From Bacteroidetes bacterium GWA2_40_15 (GTDB taxonomy: Bacteria; Bacteroidota; Bacteroidia; Bacteroidales; VadinHA17): DNA of 64,000 nt. Both the position numbers and the translations under genes were made by a program. The notes beneath the pieces are model-generated. The model made no database searches. It had not been told where the DNA came from and worked only from the letters and a program-made list of their open reading frames with translations. Below, piece after piece: positions 10,945-20,167 of this stretch. The stretch is taken from NCBI GenBank assembly GCA_001768195.1, contig MENI01000052.1, positions 235 through 64,234 on the forward strand, given 5' to 3'. Position 1 is the stretch's first letter, and each line of letters begins with the position of its first letter.

Positions 10945-12099
10945 ATGAAACAACACACAGTAGGGATTATCATGAACGGTGTAACAGGCAGGATGGGAAC
11001 CAACCAGCACCTGCTCCGTTCCATAGCTGAAATAATAAAGCAGGGTGGAGTAAAAGTCGGTCCGGGTGAAACAATTATGCCCGATCCAGTTCTTGTTGGT
11101 CGCGATGAGAATAAACTCAGAAAGCTTTGTGCGATGACCGGAATAACCAAGATGACCACCGATCTCGATTCTGTTCTTGACGATCCTTCTAATTCTCTCT
11201 ATTTCGATGCTCAGACAACCGGCAGAAGGGCTGATGCAGTAAAAAAAGCTGTTAAGGCAGGCAAGCATATATATTGTGAAAAGCCAATAGCTGTAAGTAC
11301 TGATGTTGCCATGGAGCTTTATAATCTTTGTAAAAATGCAGGATTGAAAAATGGGGTTGTGCAGGATAAGCTATGGCTTCCGGGAATTATCAAGCTGAAG
11401 AGGCTGATACAGCAGGGATTTTTTGGTAAAATACTTTCGGTGAGGGGGGAATTCGGCTACTGGGTGTTTGAAGGCGATACAATTGCTGCCCAGCGTCCTT
11501 CGTGGAACTACAGGAAAGAGGATGACGGCGGTATAATTGTCGATATGCTCTGCCACTGGCGCTATGTACTTGATAATGTATTTGGAAATGTTACGGCTGT
11601 TTCGTGTATCGGTGCAACTCACATAGATAAAAGGGTTGATGAGAACGGAAAGGAATACAAATGCACAGCTGATGATTCAGCTTATGCCACTTTTGAGCTG
11701 GAGAACGGCATTATTGCACATTTCAACTCATCATGGACGGTGAGGGTGCGCCGCGATGATCTTCTTACTCTCCAGGTTGACGGCACAAAGGGGTCGGCTG
11801 TGGCCGGGCTCCGTGAGTGCTATATCCAGCATTATGGGAATACTCCCAAACCTGTCTGGAATCCCGATATTGCACAACCTATCAATTTTTTTGAGGGGTG
11901 GTCGAAAGTGCCAGAGCAGGAGGTTTATGAAAATGCTTTCAAGGTTCAGTGGGAACTGTTCCTGAAACATGTTGTTAAGGATGAGTCATTCCCATGGGAC
12001 CTGAGGGAAGGTGCAAAGGGGGTACAACTTGCAGAAAAAGGTCTTGAAAGCTGGGCTAAACGTTGCTGGGTTGATATACCTGAACTGAAAAACATTTAA
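10945..12099 (+). CDS. Gfo/Idh/MocA family oxidoreductase
   Basis: GIIMNGVTGRMG Rossmann start, HIYCEKP, GGIIVDMLCH; ATG at 10945 preferred over the GTG at 10897 inside the repeat. Confidence 0.9.
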   Translation: MKQHTVGIIMNGVTGRMGTNQHLLRSIAEIIKQGGVKVGPGETIMPDPVLVGRDENKLRKLCAMTGITKMTTDLDSVLDDPSNSLYFDAQTTGRRADAVKKAVKAGKHIYCEKPIAVSTDVAMELYNLCKNAGLKNGVVQDKLWLPGIIKLKRLIQQGFFGKILSVRGEFGYWVFEGDTIAAQRPSWNYRKEDDGGIIVDMLCHWRYVLDNVFGNVTAVSCIGATHIDKRVDENGKEYKCTADDSAYATFELENGIIAHFNSSWTVRVRRDDLLTLQVDGTKGSAVAGLRECYIQHYGNTPKPVWNPDIAQPINFFEGWSKVPEQEVYENAFKVQWELFLKHVVKDESFPWDLREGAKGVQLAEKGLESWAKRCWVDIPELKNI

Positions 12100-12109
12100 A
12101 ACGGAAAAT

Positions 12110-13117
12110 ATGAAAACCACACGCAGGAACTTTATTGCAAAATCGGTGCTGACAGCAGCAGGTGTTACAGCAGGGATGAACTCAGGACTTTTAAGAGGCG
12201 CTTCACTGACTGATAATTATGCAACTCCGGCTTTTTCCGGAGCTGATACCGATGCATTTAAAATATGCATCTTTTCAAAGCATCTTCACTGGCTTGATTA
12301 CCAGGGAATGGCAAAGGCTCTGGCTGACCTGGGGTTTGACGGAGCCGATCTTACTGTAAGGCCCGGAGGTCATGTCCTGCCTGAAAAAGTGGAGACAGAT
12401 CTTCCAAAAGCAGTTGAAGCACTGGCGAAACAGGGGAAAAAGGTGTACATGATTACCACATCAGTTATAGATGCTGATGACCCGGTATCGGAAAAGATCC
12501 TGAAAACAGCCTCCTCACTTGGCATTAAGCACTACAGGACGGGTTATTTGTATTACAAGGACAAAAATCCTGTAAAGGACGATATAACACAGTTTCACAA
12601 ACATTTGAGCAAACTTGCGACACTGAATGCAAAATATTCAATTTCAGGAGAATACCAGAACCACTCCGGCAACTACGGGCAAGGGATATATTTTGGAGCC
12701 CCCATATGGGATCTTGCGGCAGCTCTTGAAAAAATCAATTCGCCATGGCTTGGATCCCAATATGATGTTTACCATGCAACTGTGGAAGGTGCAAATGCCT
12801 GGACTGTAGGACTCAGGATGATAAGTCAGTATATCAGGTCAGCGGATATTAAAGACTTCAGATGGATGACGCAGGATGGAAAGACCAGGTCTGTTACTGT
12901 TCCGCTTGGTGAGGGGATGGTCGATTTCAGAACTTTCTTCTCCCTTCTGAAGGAATACAAGGTAAGTATCCCTCTGTCAATACATTATGAGTATCCGCTT
13001 GGTGGCTCAGAGCATGGCAATAAGGAGCTGACAATGAAAAAAGAGGATGTACTTGCTGTAATAAAGAAGGACCTTGAGACACTGAAGGTTTACCTGAAGG
13101 AAGCGAAACTTATATAA
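12110..13117 (+). CDS. Tat-exported sugar phosphate isomerase/epimerase-family TIM barrel protein
   Basis: TRRNFI Tat motif; FDGADLTVRPGGHV, YQNHSG, YDVYH, IKDF and HYEY motifs. Confidence 0.85.
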   Translation: MKTTRRNFIAKSVLTAAGVTAGMNSGLLRGASLTDNYATPAFSGADTDAFKICIFSKHLHWLDYQGMAKALADLGFDGADLTVRPGGHVLPEKVETDLPKAVEALAKQGKKVYMITTSVIDADDPVSEKILKTASSLGIKHYRTGYLYYKDKNPVKDDITQFHKHLSKLATLNAKYSISGEYQNHSGNYGQGIYFGAPIWDLAAALEKINSPWLGSQYDVYHATVEGANAWTVGLRMISQYIRSADIKDFRWMTQDGKTRSVTVPLGEGMVDFRTFFSLLKEYKVSIPLSIHYEYPLGGSEHGNKELTMKKEDVLAVIKKDLETLKVYLKEAKLI

Positions 13118-13127
13118 CAATCAGATT

Positions 13128-14993
13128 ATGTTGCAGCTCTATATATTTGCTCCGCTTATCTTCCTTCTGGCAAATGCAAACACAGAAGTACAACCATCTT
13201 CTGAAAATAAGGATTACAGGGGAGAAGAGGTGCTCATGTCTGGTTCAGAAAAAAGAGAACAATATGTTCTTTCTTCTGAGGGAAAATCAGATTACATTAT
13301 TTCGATTGACACCAGGGCATCTGAATCAGAGAAATGGGCTGCAAGTGAACTTCAGTACTGGCTGAAGGAGATCACAGGAGCGGAACTGCCGGTTCGTGAG
13401 ATTAATGATGCTTATTCTGGTCCCCGGATAATAATTGGTTATAATAACCTGGTAAAGAAAAAAACAGGAGCAGAACCACCTTCAGAATCAGATGAATCAT
13501 TCCACTATATCAATTCAGGACCTGATATCTGCATTTACGGCGGGAGCCAGCGTGGTACAATGTATGGGGTATTGACATTTCTTGAAAATGAGCTGGGATG
13601 CAGATGGTACACACCTGTTGTAAGTGTTATTCCGAAACGGAAGGAAATCACTTTTACAGCATATGATCATTCGGAGACTCCAGGAATAAGAGTTCGCAAC
13701 GACTTTTACTTTGAAGCATTTGATCCGCTCTGGTGTGCAAGGAATAAAATGAACGGGGCGATGGGATCTACTAAAGATACCCTGAATTCTGAAGAGAGAT
13801 GGGCTGAGGCAAGAATACAACCCGGAGGCATTGAGAGTTACTGGGCTGTCCATACTTTTTATCCGCTGGTGCCCCCTGAGGAATTTTTTGACAGGCACCC
13901 TGAGTACTATAGCCTGATTAATAACAAACGAACATATCAAAAAGCCCAGTTATGCCTGACAAACACCGATGTTCTCAGGATCGTTACGGAAAGAATAAAG
14001 AAAATAATGCTTCAGAATCCGGGTTATCTTATATACGATGTATCTCAGAATGACTGGGATAATCCCTGCCAGTGTGATAAATGCCAGGCAATTGTAAAAC
14101 AGGAGGGCAGTGAATCAGGTGTTGTTCTGTGGTTCGTCAATAAAGTGGCGGAGAACGTGGAAAAGGAGTTCCCTGATAAATATATCGGAACACTGGCATA
14201 CAAGTATACTCGTAAACCATGTAAAACAATTCGTGCAAGGAAAAATGTTGTTGTTCGTTTAAGCAGCATAGAATGTTGCTTTTCGCATGATATTAAATCA
14301 TGTCCGAGAAACGAAGCGTTTCTTGCTGACCTTAAAGGATGGTCTGCAATTGCACCAAACCTCTATATCTGGGATTATGTTGTATATTTTCAACACTATC
14401 AGATGCCATATCCCAATATTCGTGTCCTTCAGCCAAATATCAGGACATTCAGGGAGAACAATGCCATTGGAATAATGGAGCAGGGAGCTTATCAGAGTCG
14501 CGGGGGAGAATTTGCTGAGCTCAGGTCCTATATCATATCACGCCTTTTGTGGAATCCTGATTGTAATGTGGAAGATGTTATTGATGATTTTGTTTACGGG
14601 TATTATGGAAGAGCAGGAAAAAATGTCCGTGAATATTTCAATTTGCTATATTCAGGGATTACTCCTGAAACCCATATGCATATTGAAACTCATAATTATG
14701 AAAGACTGACAGCCCGGGATAAAATGTTTTCAGATGAATTTGTTGAAAAGTCATGCCGTATTTTTGAGGAGGCTGCTAAAGTGGCCGATAACGATGAAAT
14801 ATTGCATCGTGTAGAACTTGCATATTTACCGGTATTGTATCTCAAATGCAAAAGAACACCGGTTATTGCAAGGAATGATGGAACATACGCAAAATTCAAC
14901 GAAATTGTAAAACGCGAAGGAATAACCCGTTATGCGGAATACGGAGAAGAGACTTTCAGCTCATTTCACAGCACTGTTGAAACCGCAAAATAG
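13128..14993 (+). CDS. DUF4838 domain protein (GH67/GH20-like N-terminal domain)
   Basis: RGTMYGVLTFLENELGCRWY, HPEYYSL, QLCLTN, CQCDKC, YIWDY and LLWNP motifs. Confidence 0.8.
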   Translation: MLQLYIFAPLIFLLANANTEVQPSSENKDYRGEEVLMSGSEKREQYVLSSEGKSDYIISIDTRASESEKWAASELQYWLKEITGAELPVREINDAYSGPRIIIGYNNLVKKKTGAEPPSESDESFHYINSGPDICIYGGSQRGTMYGVLTFLENELGCRWYTPVVSVIPKRKEITFTAYDHSETPGIRVRNDFYFEAFDPLWCARNKMNGAMGSTKDTLNSEERWAEARIQPGGIESYWAVHTFYPLVPPEEFFDRHPEYYSLINNKRTYQKAQLCLTNTDVLRIVTERIKKIMLQNPGYLIYDVSQNDWDNPCQCDKCQAIVKQEGSESGVVLWFVNKVAENVEKEFPDKYIGTLAYKYTRKPCKTIRARKNVVVRLSSIECCFSHDIKSCPRNEAFLADLKGWSAIAPNLYIWDYVVYFQHYQMPYPNIRVLQPNIRTFRENNAIGIMEQGAYQSRGGEFAELRSYIISRLLWNPDCNVEDVIDDFVYGYYGRAGKNVREYFNLLYSGITPETHMHIETHNYERLTARDKMFSDEFVEKSCRIFEEAAKVADNDEILHRVELAYLPVLYLKCKRTPVIARNDGTYAKFNEIVKREGITRYAEYGEETFSSFHSTVETAK

Positions 14994-14995
14994 CT

Positions 14996-15052
14996 TTGAA
15001 GAAAGACCTTGAGACACTCAAGAATTTTCACAAGGAAGCGGGTTTGGTGTAG
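14996..15052 (+). pseudogene. Remnant 3' end of a homologue of the 12110..13117 isomerase
   Basis: Translates LKKDLETLKNFHKEAGLV* vs IKKDLETLKVYLKEAKLI* at the end of 12110..13117. Confidence 0.75.
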
Positions 15053-15068
15053 ATTCAGATTTTATGTT

Positions 15069-15354
15069 GGGCTAAAGCCCTGTTATATAGATTTCCGTTT
15101 ACCGTTGGCTGAAGCCAACGGCAATTGAGAGGAAGTATCTCCCATTTTTGCTAAAGCCCTTTTAAGCAGATCTTTAAATTTTGGCTGAAGCCAACAGTAA
15201 TTGAAAAGAAGAATTTTCCTGTAGAGTTAGCTTTATTAACTCTTGCGGAGGGCAACGGTGATTAAACCAGCAACTTCCGGGGTGTTTCTTTCAGTTACCG
15301 TCGGTTTTAACCGACGGTATTAGCCGGTTCAATACAAGCCGGGACTTTAGTCCC
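15069..15354. repeat. REP-like cluster, family A (CCGTTGGCTGAAGCCAACGG and GGGCTAAAGCCC hairpins)
   Basis: Hairpins at 15069-15080, 15101-15128, 15181-15204, 15296-15319 and 15341-15354. Confidence 0.85.
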
Positions 15355-15477
15355 TCCGGGTTTTCTTATTTCATATACTTGTCGGACCAGTTGGAGGATA
15401 TCTTTCAGAAAGAATATTATTCCTTTGATACATATTCAAATACCACAGGAAATTCTTAACTTTAATACCTTGCACTT

Positions 15478-16365
15478 ATGGAAACAAAAAAATATACACA
15501 AGTCGGAACCTTTTCTATAATTTCTATTGGCTCTGCTTTGATTCTCTGCATTGTAATAATGATAATAACCGGACTTAATGACCTGGCTCCTGTTGGAATT
15601 ATGGGCTTTGTCGTTATGACTTTGTTGATCTGCCTTCTGATCTTTTACAAACTGACAATAACCATTGACAACACTTACATTCGATTCTCTCTTGGCACGG
15701 GACTAATTGCTAAAAAGTATCTGATCTCCGATATTCAAAGCTGTAAATCAGTTAGTAATAACCTTATTTACGGAATTGGAATCAGAAAGATCCCAAAGGG
15801 CTGGTTATATAATGTAAGTGGATTAAAAGCTATTGAAATCAAATTCAAAAACTCAAAATCAGTTATCAGAATTGGAACAGACCATCCTGATGAAATTGCA
15901 GGAATAATTTCTAAAATGATTAAAGCAGATCAATCAGGGAGTGGCATGGATTATAAAGATAAGACAGCTTTTCGCCTGGTATGGATAATTATGGCAATAA
16001 CTTTATTAATTCCTGTTATTTTAATCCTTATTGGCAATAGAGATCCGGGAATTACTTTATCAAAACCAGGACTTAAAATAAGTGGAATGTACGGTTTGAC
16101 AATCAATTATTCAGACATTAAACAACTTGACACATTATCGACATTACCACGTATACAAATGAGAACCAATGGATACGCATTTGGAAAATCTCTTAAGGGA
16201 AATTTCAGACTTCAAAATAACGAGAATGCCAAATTGTTCATTACCAAAAGGGTACCTCCGTATATATTGATCAGGACTGATGATCTAAATGTTTACTTAA
16301 ATTTCAAAGAATCAAAGAAAACGGTTGATTTATTTAAAACCATGACCAAAGTCCGGAAAGAATAA
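15478..16365 (+). CDS. Membrane protein with two bacterial PH-like domains
   Basis: TM pair + GIGIR..WLYNVSG..IGTD domain, then TM + RTNG..KGNF domain; AT-rich. Confidence 0.7.
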   Translation: METKKYTQVGTFSIISIGSALILCIVIMIITGLNDLAPVGIMGFVVMTLLICLLIFYKLTITIDNTYIRFSLGTGLIAKKYLISDIQSCKSVSNNLIYGIGIRKIPKGWLYNVSGLKAIEIKFKNSKSVIRIGTDHPDEIAGIISKMIKADQSGSGMDYKDKTAFRLVWIIMAITLLIPVILILIGNRDPGITLSKPGLKISGMYGLTINYSDIKQLDTLSTLPRIQMRTNGYAFGKSLKGNFRLQNNENAKLFITKRVPPYILIRTDDLNVYLNFKESKKTVDLFKTMTKVRKE

Positions 16366-16406
16366 AAGGATTTTTTTATTGAAATACAGTTCGTTCATAA
16401 GTTGGA

Positions 16407-16556
16407 GGCTGTTGAAAAAGTCTTTAAGTAGTTGTTTTTACCTTAGTGTTACTTTGTGCTCTACTTTGTGATCCTTTGTGGTTCAATGCTTTATTTTTTA
16501 CCACCAAGGTACTCAAAGGTTAACACAGAGGTTCACAAAGGACTTTTTCAACAGCC
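16407..16556. mobile_element. 150-bp MITE-like element, copy 1
   Basis: Perfect 16-bp terminal inverted repeats ggctgttgaaaaagtc / gactttttcaacagcc; near-identical inverted copy at 33467-33616. Confidence 0.9.
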
Positions 16557-16743
16557 GCAAACTTTTTTCATTCTATCCTGCAACGAAACTATGCTTATGT
16601 TAACGCATATGCCCGGAGGGGTTGAATAATGAACTCAGTATACCCGGTTGAAGTAAACCTGGTCCATTTAATTGTAAAGTTTATTATAAATTTCTAACTT
16701 TAAATACAGAATTCATCTATTCATCTACCAAAAATCGTTCATC

Positions 16744-17283
16744 ATGAAACAAAGGCATCCATACAGAAGCAGACAAATTGAAATTGTTAAAACAATCTTC
16801 ATTTCTTTGTTTATTATTTTTTCATTGGATCTCAATGCTCAGACGCCAACCAACTTCTCGGGCAGATGGGAGTTTGATAAGGCCAAAAGCGACAAGGATG
16901 AACGAGGGGATGCATCCTTTGATGGTGCAATTATTCTGGAAATAAAACAGAATACTGATACAATTACATTTACCAATACATTTTTCCTGCCGGGTAAGGC
17001 TGGTAAAACTTTACGGCCCGACTCATATCTGACTAACGGTATAGTGACACCTGATGAGTCCGGAATCGATCCCGCCAAAAAATTTGTAAAATGGTCCCCG
17101 GATAAGAAAATACTTACAACTAATTATGTCATGACAGCTACCATTGATGGAGTTGCGCAGGATTTCCTTACAGCAAAGACTTACAAACTCGATGAGAACG
17201 GAAAAACATTAGTTGTTGATGAGTTGAACAGAAGTAAGCTGAATGGAGAAAAAACAATCAAAAAAGTATATCAAAAAAAATAA
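16744..17283 (+). CDS. Hypothetical secreted protein (lipocalin-like beta barrel?)
   Basis: Signal peptide then NFSGRWEFDKAKS, resembling the lipocalin/FABP GxW start. Confidence 0.65.
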   Translation: MKQRHPYRSRQIEIVKTIFISLFIIFSLDLNAQTPTNFSGRWEFDKAKSDKDERGDASFDGAIILEIKQNTDTITFTNTFFLPGKAGKTLRPDSYLTNGIVTPDESGIDPAKKFVKWSPDKKILTTNYVMTATIDGVAQDFLTAKTYKLDENGKTLVVDELNRSKLNGEKTIKKVYQKK

Positions 17284-17316
17284 ATAATACTCTCCTCTAA
17301 AAGCAAGTTTAAGTTA

Positions 17317-17727
17317 ATGATCCAGTCTGTTTCCTTTGAAAAACATCTTATTGCACCCTGTGGTATGAACTGCGGGACCTGCATTGGCTATCTCCGGGAC
17401 AAAGACAAATGTCCCGGCTGCAGGATAATTTCTTCAGACAAAGCTATTATAGTCAATAGATGTATTATACCGGGATGCAGCTATCTGCAAAAGACAACAT
17501 CAAAATTCTGTTATGATTGTGAAAAATATCCCTGTCGGAGGATCAAAAACCTGGATAAAAGGTACCGTACAAAATATCGGACAAGTTTCATTGAGAACCT
17601 GACAATGATAAAAGAAAACGGATTGCACAGCTTTCTGGTTTTTGAAGCAAAGCGCAGGACTTGTAAAAATTGCGGATCTGTGTTAAGTGTCCACCGGGAC
17701 AATTGTATTAAATGTAACCAGATATGA
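17317..17727 (+). CDS. DUF3795 family cysteine-rich protein
   Basis: APCGMNCGTC, CPGCR, FCYDCEKYPC and ENLTMIKENG motifs. Confidence 0.85.
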   Translation: MIQSVSFEKHLIAPCGMNCGTCIGYLRDKDKCPGCRIISSDKAIIVNRCIIPGCSYLQKTTSKFCYDCEKYPCRRIKNLDKRYRTKYRTSFIENLTMIKENGLHSFLVFEAKRRTCKNCGSVLSVHRDNCIKCNQI

Positions 17728-18440
17728 TTAATAAGAAAGTATCCGAGATCAGGGATTTTTGTACCAGGAATTCAAACCAGGCCAACATTGAAAAATATTC
17801 AAGATACTTCAAAGATGGATTCAATGGTTACGGAATAGACCAGAAAGTATTTGAACAACAGAGAGATGCCTGGATCAATCTCTGGAAGAATGAAATGAAT
17901 CTTGATAAGTACCTGGAACTTGGAGATACCTTAGTCCGGATCGGTAAATACGAGGAAATCTCTTTTGCAATTTCATTTGTAGCCTCTGAAAGAAAAAACT
18001 ATTCCGAAAAAACATTCGATAGAATCGGTACATGGTTTGATTATGGAATAACAAACTGGGCAAATACAGATGTCCTGTGCATGCTGGTTCTATCTAACTT
18101 CTTAATCGACAAAGTTGTTCCCTATACAAAGCTACTGGAATGGACAGATTCTCATTCTGAATGGAAAAGAAGAGCGGTTCCTGTGACTCTGGTCGAACTG
18201 GTAAGGAAGGGACTGACCCCTGATGAGGCCATACCCCTGATTGAGCCTTTGATGTACGACAAATCAGAAAATGTTCAGAAAGGTATCGGGACTTTATTAC
18301 GCGGATTATGGAAGAGTCATCCTGAGAGAATTGAAGCTTTCCTTCTGAAGTGGAAAAATTCCTGCGGCAGATTGATAATTCAGTACTCTACAGAGAAAAT
18401 GGATAAAGAGTACAGGAAGAAATTCAGGAGAGAAAAATAA
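17724..18440 (+). CDS. DNA alkylation repair protein (AlkD-like HEAT repeat)
   Basis: NWANTD, WTDSHSEWKRRA and VQKGIGTLLR motifs; ATGA overlap with upstream gene. Confidence 0.8.
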   Translation: MINKKVSEIRDFCTRNSNQANIEKYSRYFKDGFNGYGIDQKVFEQQRDAWINLWKNEMNLDKYLELGDTLVRIGKYEEISFAISFVASERKNYSEKTFDRIGTWFDYGITNWANTDVLCMLVLSNFLIDKVVPYTKLLEWTDSHSEWKRRAVPVTLVELVRKGLTPDEAIPLIEPLMYDKSENVQKGIGTLLRGLWKSHPERIEAFLLKWKNSCGRLIIQYSTEKMDKEYRKKFRREK

Positions 18441-18448
18441 CTTCTTAT

Positions 18449-18528
18449 ACCGTTGGCTGAAGCCAACGGCAATTGAGAGGAAGAATCTCCCTTTTGGGCT
18501 GAAGCCAACTGTAATTGAGAGGAAGAAT
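18449..18528. repeat. REP-like cluster, family A
   Basis: 18449-18491 matches 15101-15143 at 42/43 nt in direct orientation; second degenerate unit follows. Confidence 0.85.
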
Positions 18529-18544
18529 ATACCTGGTGTTTTTT

Positions 18545-19843
18545 TTACTTCAGCCACTTATCAAACCAGTCAAACGCCTCTTTCTGCATATCGGAGTCAA
18601 ACTTGTGCTCGCCCGGGTAGAAGGTACATTTGTATCTGTCTGAAGCACCTGCTTTTTTGTATACCTCGCTGAGGATTTTGTCGGCAGCATTCATCTCCGG
18701 TACAGTATACAGATCGTCATTTGTATCATTCAGTACAAGAGTTGGAAGCGGAACCCTTAAACCAAGTATTTCGGGAAAATCCAGCTCATTGGGCAGTATT
18801 GGCACATAGGTCATCCATGTGTGAGTGAATGACTTATTGAGAACAAAGTCTTTCCATGTTGTCATGAATCCAACGCATACAGCACATTTGATCCTGCTGT
18901 CGAGTCCGCCTGTGAAGACTGTCCGCATACCCCCACCTGACAATCCCCCACAGCCTATCTTATCCTTTATCACATCTTTCCTGGCACTGAGGATATCCAG
19001 TGCAACCCTGTCTTCTGCCATAAAGACCCCCGGCCATGTTGTACCTGCGCTGAAAAGCGATTTTGCCATTATATGCTCATGTTCACCTGCCCAGCTGTTA
19101 TATTTTTCAATATTCTTCGGATCCTCAGGGTTGTTGTCATTAAGCCCATCTCTTTGCTGTTCAGGCACATCCTGCATCAACACTCTACGGCTTGCGAAGG
19201 GGAAGGCATCTGATACAAGCACAACGTATCCTCTTTTTGCTACCTCATTTGCCCATGCTCTTCCACTGTAGTAATTTGTCTGATGCTCTTTCATAAGTGG
19301 ATGCTGATCATCACCGGTCCGGGTGATCTTCCTGGTTCCAAAATACTTATTTCCACCATGATCATGAAATGCGAGTATGCCTGGTAAAGGAGTTTTTGCG
19401 TCTGCTGGCTTCAGGAGTATAGCATCAGTGGGACGACCATACGGCAGTCTCCATGTAAGTTCTTCAATATGAAGACCATCCCATATATATTGCTTCTTAA
19501 CTGTAACTTCAGGAGCTGATCCTATATTGGGAACAGCAAGCCTGTCTCTGACTTTTGCATCTGCAGCCTGGTGCCATTTTTTTATGTCCGTCCACTCTTT
19601 CCTTCGAAAAGAGAGCGATGGCATTTTATTATTGGCCAGGGATGTTGCCCATTCACCATATTGTCCTATTAAGCTGAGGTTTTCTTCTTGTGTCATTCTG
19701 TTAATATTTGTTTCTGAAATTATTTCGGGAAAGGGTATAGAACTTTCATTACCTGATGCCAGGCTTTCTGTGAATCTGCTGCCGGCAATACCTAATCCTG
19801 CCATTCCGGCATATTTGATGAATTTTCTTCTGCTGTTTTTCAT
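18545..19843 (-). CDS. Tat-exported alpha/beta hydrolase (dienelactone hydrolase/acetylxylan esterase-like)
   Basis: SRRKFIK Tat motif; FHDHGG, GGLSGGG nucleophile, YPGEHKF. Confidence 0.85.
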   Translation of the reverse strand: MKNSRRKFIKYAGMAGLGIAGSRFTESLASGNESSIPFPEIISETNINRMTQEENLSLIGQYGEWATSLANNKMPSLSFRRKEWTDIKKWHQAADAKVRDRLAVPNIGSAPEVTVKKQYIWDGLHIEELTWRLPYGRPTDAILLKPADAKTPLPGILAFHDHGGNKYFGTRKITRTGDDQHPLMKEHQTNYYSGRAWANEVAKRGYVVLVSDAFPFASRRVLMQDVPEQQRDGLNDNNPEDPKNIEKYNSWAGEHEHIMAKSLFSAGTTWPGVFMAEDRVALDILSARKDVIKDKIGCGGLSGGGMRTVFTGGLDSRIKCAVCVGFMTTWKDFVLNKSFTHTWMTYVPILPNELDFPEILGLRVPLPTLVLNDTNDDLYTVPEMNAADKILSEVYKKAGASDRYKCTFYPGEHKFDSDMQKEAFDWFDKWLK

Positions 19844-19932
19844 ACCAGGTTAAATTAGCTGATTTATCACAATGAAGGTACAATAAAAAATTTTTAACCG
19901 CAAAGCAGAATCTTGACTGATAGCTTTTTCCA

Positions 19933-20037
19933 GCTACAAAGAGTTCCACTGAGGTTCACAGAGTTCCACAGTTCCACAGAGTGAAGAGGATTGATCAATT
20001 GATAACTCTGTGCTCCTCTGGATTTCCTCTGTGTAAG
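19933..20037. repeat. Gene-less GxxExxY-type end pair (CACAGAG variant, degenerate)
   Basis: Tandem ccactgag/ttcacagag/ttccacagag units followed by inverted ctctgtg units. Confidence 0.65.
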
Positions 20038-20167
20038 TTCTTAAATATATGAAGCTAAGACCTTCCAGTGTTAATAACAGACAGATATTAAGTCAATGGT
20101 GTTTGAAGGATTTATTTCTTCAACCTAATTCTTACCTTTATATCAAACCTTCTTCTATACTGAAAAA

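Noticed and set aside
15069-15354. Regularly recurring palindromes as a CRISPR array
   Set aside because: Units differ in length and orientation, spacing is irregular, copies are dispersed through the window, and there are no cas genes.
15478-18440. Integron cassette array
   Set aside because: No integrase and no recognisable attC (RYYYAAC…GTTRRRY) structures between the genes.
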